From assembly GCA_002633005.1 (NCBI GenBank), contig NMRA01000912.1, forward strand, positions 37,629-101,628: DNA of 64,000 nt. The letters run 5' to 3'. The translations under genes and the position numbers were made by a program. Shown here piece by piece: positions 60,289 to 64,000 of this stretch. The DNA comes from Phoronis australis (taxonomy: Eukaryota; Animalia; Phoronida). Position 1 is the first letter of the stretch. Each line of letters opens with the position of its first letter. The notes beneath the pieces were generated by a model. It saw only the letters and a program-made list of their open reading frames with translations. It searched no databases and was not told where the DNA came from.

Positions 60289-61194
60289 TTAATTTTGCGT
60301 AGTCACAATTACCTAAAATAAAGTACTTTGAATTTACTAGCATTTATTTCTCAAATAAGTTTTCAAATTGATAATATCAGTATTAAGAAATAAGCTACGT
60401 TTAGCTGGTTATTTATATGAACAATAGTTTCATATAAAGACGAACATCCAGAAAAATGTCCAAGGGTCCAAACGCCTCTGCTCGGCCACTTTCTCATAGC
60501 TGTAACAGAAAACATTAAAGGTAGTTTTTCCTTTACAGTCAGCAATTTAGAACACAGGATGATTTTCGCCAGTCGAAAGATATCACTAAAATTCGTAACT
60601 GTCATCCCTGCTTGTTTTAGTCATATTTTACTATTAATTTTGACGTATTTTTAAAAGTGGGCGAAAAACCGGCGAATAAAGGTTCTCAAAAATAAACATT
60701 TAACCTTTCCAGTTTGTACCAAGTAGCTTAATAACTATGAATGAAAAGATGTTGAGTGATTGCACTTTATTGCTAACCACAAGTTCAGTTTTTATCAACA
60801 GTATATAATATTGGAGGATTTGGTATCTCAGCAGTAAAATACCAACGCGTGGCTTAAATTTTATTAAAAGTCGTGCCAACGAAATTTGAACTGGTATGTA
60901 AATATTGTCGCGTAAACAGGGACAATCTAATGCTGTTGCGGGAGAGGACAATTTTTCAAAAATGTGGACTGTCCCGTCAAATGCGGAAATGTTGGCAAAC
61001 ACAACAGCATTATACCGTTTCCAAGAACGCCATGCAGCCAGTTAGCGAGGGTGCATTCCGCAGGTCACGCATAACACACACGAGACACATACCTGCCAAG
61101 AAATCGTCGTTTCAGGAGCTGGAACAGTGAATTCATAACTCCAACCTCGCCAACCAATCGTTTCAGTGGCTATCATTTTGCTAGTCTACCCTAT

Positions 61195-62972
61195 AGACCC
61201 TATTCACGCGGCGGCCATTAAGATCCAAAGCGAGGCTCACTGCGATAAACAAAGCGAAAGTAGACATTGCGCGAGTTAAATAGCCGGTCTTTCGAGTCCA
61301 ACCTGGATATCAAATTTTAATGATGTGTCGACAATTAACCACAGAGACGTAGAAAATTACATTAGAGAACAAGTTAAGCCGCCAAAGAGTTGTCTAACGA
61401 AAGGGTTTAATTTTTTCGGAAAACTAGGTTCGAAACATGAAAAGTAAATATGTCCAAATTGCGGCGATCGTAGTGTTACGGATTAGGTATTATGCTGAAT
61501 GCAGGGTTACGTTTTTTTTTTGTAAATTGTTGATCAAAATACTTTCTACGCGGACCAGGTCATCTGCTCGTATTGTTGACGAGTTGAAGACATATTCGAC
61601 AGTGGTGTCTGTCATGTGCAATTAGTCACACCTGGTTTAGTTTGTTGATCAAGAATATTAACATCAAGCATAGCCTGATCCTATGCACTCACTGGGACTA
61701 ACAGATGATTTGTCATTGGTCTGAAAGAATAATTGATGTTATTAAATATATTTTTATTAAAATAAAAAACCAGGCTCGTAATTGAAAATAAAAATTATTT
61801 GACCATCAATGCTTTCTTGGTTGTAATAATTCTTACGTCTATTTCATGTGTTAGATATCAATCTGGACCAAGTTTAATTTTAAAATTAAAACACCTAATT
61901 CGTTCGTCCAAAACATAACATCGTTTTAGAACTCAGTTTCAGTTAACTCACCAATCATTGTTATCATGTTTCTGCAGGAGCCTCTTTCATCCGAGGGGAT
62001 CGGTGTCAGTGCCTTCTGAGAGGCGATTTTTTCGCCGAGTGAGGGCGGGAACAATCTACCTCCCAATCACCATCAATAGCACCCCCGCCCTGTTGCAAGC
62101 TCTCATAGGCTCTGCCTCAATTTAAAGTAGCCTTTTGTGCTCTTAAAAATTGTCACCTGTGTGGTTACAGGTGATTTGAACTCAGAGAGATTTTTCACTA
62201 GGGGAATTTTTATGCCTCGTGGGGGGAATTTCGCGTGATATTTCAGTATGTTTGAGAGGGGAATAGGGCCGATATTGGGCCCCAAATTTGAGGGATTGAG
62301 GGCTCTGTCCTTTTTGGAAAGACAAATTATAATGTTTCAACCCGTAGCAGGGGCGGATCCAGGTTTTTTAGTTAGGGGGGCAGGGCACAGAAATAAGCAG
62401 CATTTCGGCAGATGCGCGCGCCCAGCCTAAACTCTGGGGATGCAGGGGTCTTGAATTCTTGGGTTTACGGACCTGTTGACTAAAAAAAAACGGTAAACGG
62501 GGTTCATTCAGCGCCTATGCGTTGTTTATTCACCCCCCGTTGCGCACGTGTGCTAGTCAGCAATTCGCACCCGAACTCAAAAATGGGATCTGATACAATT
62601 TTAGGGGGGGGGGGGCATGGCCCCCCCCAAATCCGTAGTCATGAAAACACGACAGCCTGGTTGGCCCATTCTCCGGTCGTTACTATGATGCTTAACAACT
62701 GACCACGTGATGCGACAAAACTTTTGATCTAACTTTTCGAAAACATTTATAAATTTTACACGAACATATTTTGCTTCGTCGCGGCAACGACCCAACGCTT
62801 CCGAATCTCAACGTCTTTAGAGATTGTGAAGCAGACAGTTGCGTGTCCGTATTTTTTCTAGCCGTTCGCGGAACAACACGGTCTGAAACACAGAACTATG
62901 CCGATAAGCTAACAGAGCTATCGTAGCGAGCCTCGTTTTGGAATGCGCCTCCTGTCGGCGTGAATAGGGTCT
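61195..62972. mobile_element. ISL2EU-like DNA transposon relic
   Basis: at|AGACCCTATTCACGC..GCGTGAATAGGGTCT|at; inward-facing coding relics: + strand DVENYIREQVKPPKSCLTKGFNF, - strand THAP-like SKDVEIRKRWV. Confidence 0.65.
62349..62640 (+). mobile_element. CAGGGGCGGATCC-family MITE nested in ISL2EU-like element
   Basis: colinear with 28105-28377. Confidence 0.7.
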
Positions 62973-64000
62973 ATAAGTCGGTAGCTTAAGTCCAGCGAAA
63001 CATGCTATTCCCAGAGATTTCGGGAGGTCTTGCGTAATCTCACTTTTCTCGCAGGAGCTTCGCTCTGTGGAACCCCTGTCTCCCCTATCAATGCCATGGC
63101 TTATTTACGTATAAAGTTTATGACCCAAGGCAGAGTGGGCTGAATTGACAGACTGACAGCGAATAAGTAGTGTTGCGTGCGACATGCTTATAGAGATCTC
63201 CCAGTTCGAGGCAAATTAATCTAGGATTAACAGGCCTCCCGCTGCAGTTTCAACCTTTAGCGTGATCTGCATGATCTTGTAGGTGTCAATTCTTTGTAAT
63301 TTGTCAAAGAAAAAACACGTCCCCGCAGCCGTTTAAGCCTATAATGAAACACGTCAATGTACCTTATGTACAAATTTTAGCAGCTACTGTAACTTGGATG
63401 TAGAACGTCTGCAGCAACCGGCCAAAAGGAGTAGTAATTGCGATTTTTACGTTATATTGATCACGCTGGCTTTACATTCAGCAACGTCTGAGGGAACCTG
63501 ACACCGCGCAACGACTCAAATTTGGCTTACTAGTACATGGACTAACCTCGGTCTAAAGCGGGGCTTATCCATGTTATCTGTACGTACATGTACAGGCAAA
63601 AATATGTATATACCAATAGTGTTTAAGCGACCACTGAAGGAAAATAGCTATCAGCGGTTAATTGAATTCCTTATCACCTTGATTGGTTCACGATCCGACA
63701 CTACGGGTTATTGTTGGGGGCTGTACTCAACTAACATCAAAGAAGACAGGAAAGAACTCACCTGACTGCAATAGTCAACCTCCAGTGAACGGTTAATCTA
63801 CTGGGTTCACAGCGTCAACATGGAATTTTTAGATAGCATTGGTTATCATTCATTGACACGCGTGGGCTGGGGCACTGTCTTGGCATTTTTCAGATAACAT
63901 CGATCGGTTGAAATAGCCTGTCACAGGATGCAGGTGGTGTGTTAATTTCAACCAAGAAACGTATTTACGATCTAAAGACTTTTGTTTTCAACGTTTCAAA

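Overview
Intron-rich, transposon-dense eukaryotic (metazoan, probably marine invertebrate) DNA, so the ORF track is mostly uninformative and genes were rebuilt by hand from GT-AG exons. Four protein-coding genes: (1) the 3' part of FANCD2 (+, 13 exons, 5836-19067); (2) a 3-exon NUDT16-family Nudix gene (+, 22704-29342) whose metal-binding residues look substituted, suggesting a TIRR-like pseudo-enzyme; (3,4) two tandem 6-exon paralogues (-, 38973-49385 and 55423-60288) encoding type-I membrane proteins (signal peptide, CUB-like ectodomain, TM, CxCxCC, P/Q/Y-rich tail with PPSY). Mobile DNA includes a TTAA-flanked Kolobok-like THAP element carrying a nested LINE, an ISL2EU-like relic, fold-back Penelope relics with decayed hammerhead motifs, Helentron/DINE-1-like elements with arrays of CTCF-like motifs, many MITEs and several tandem repeats. 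All comparisons to known proteins and repeat families are from memory; no searches were run.
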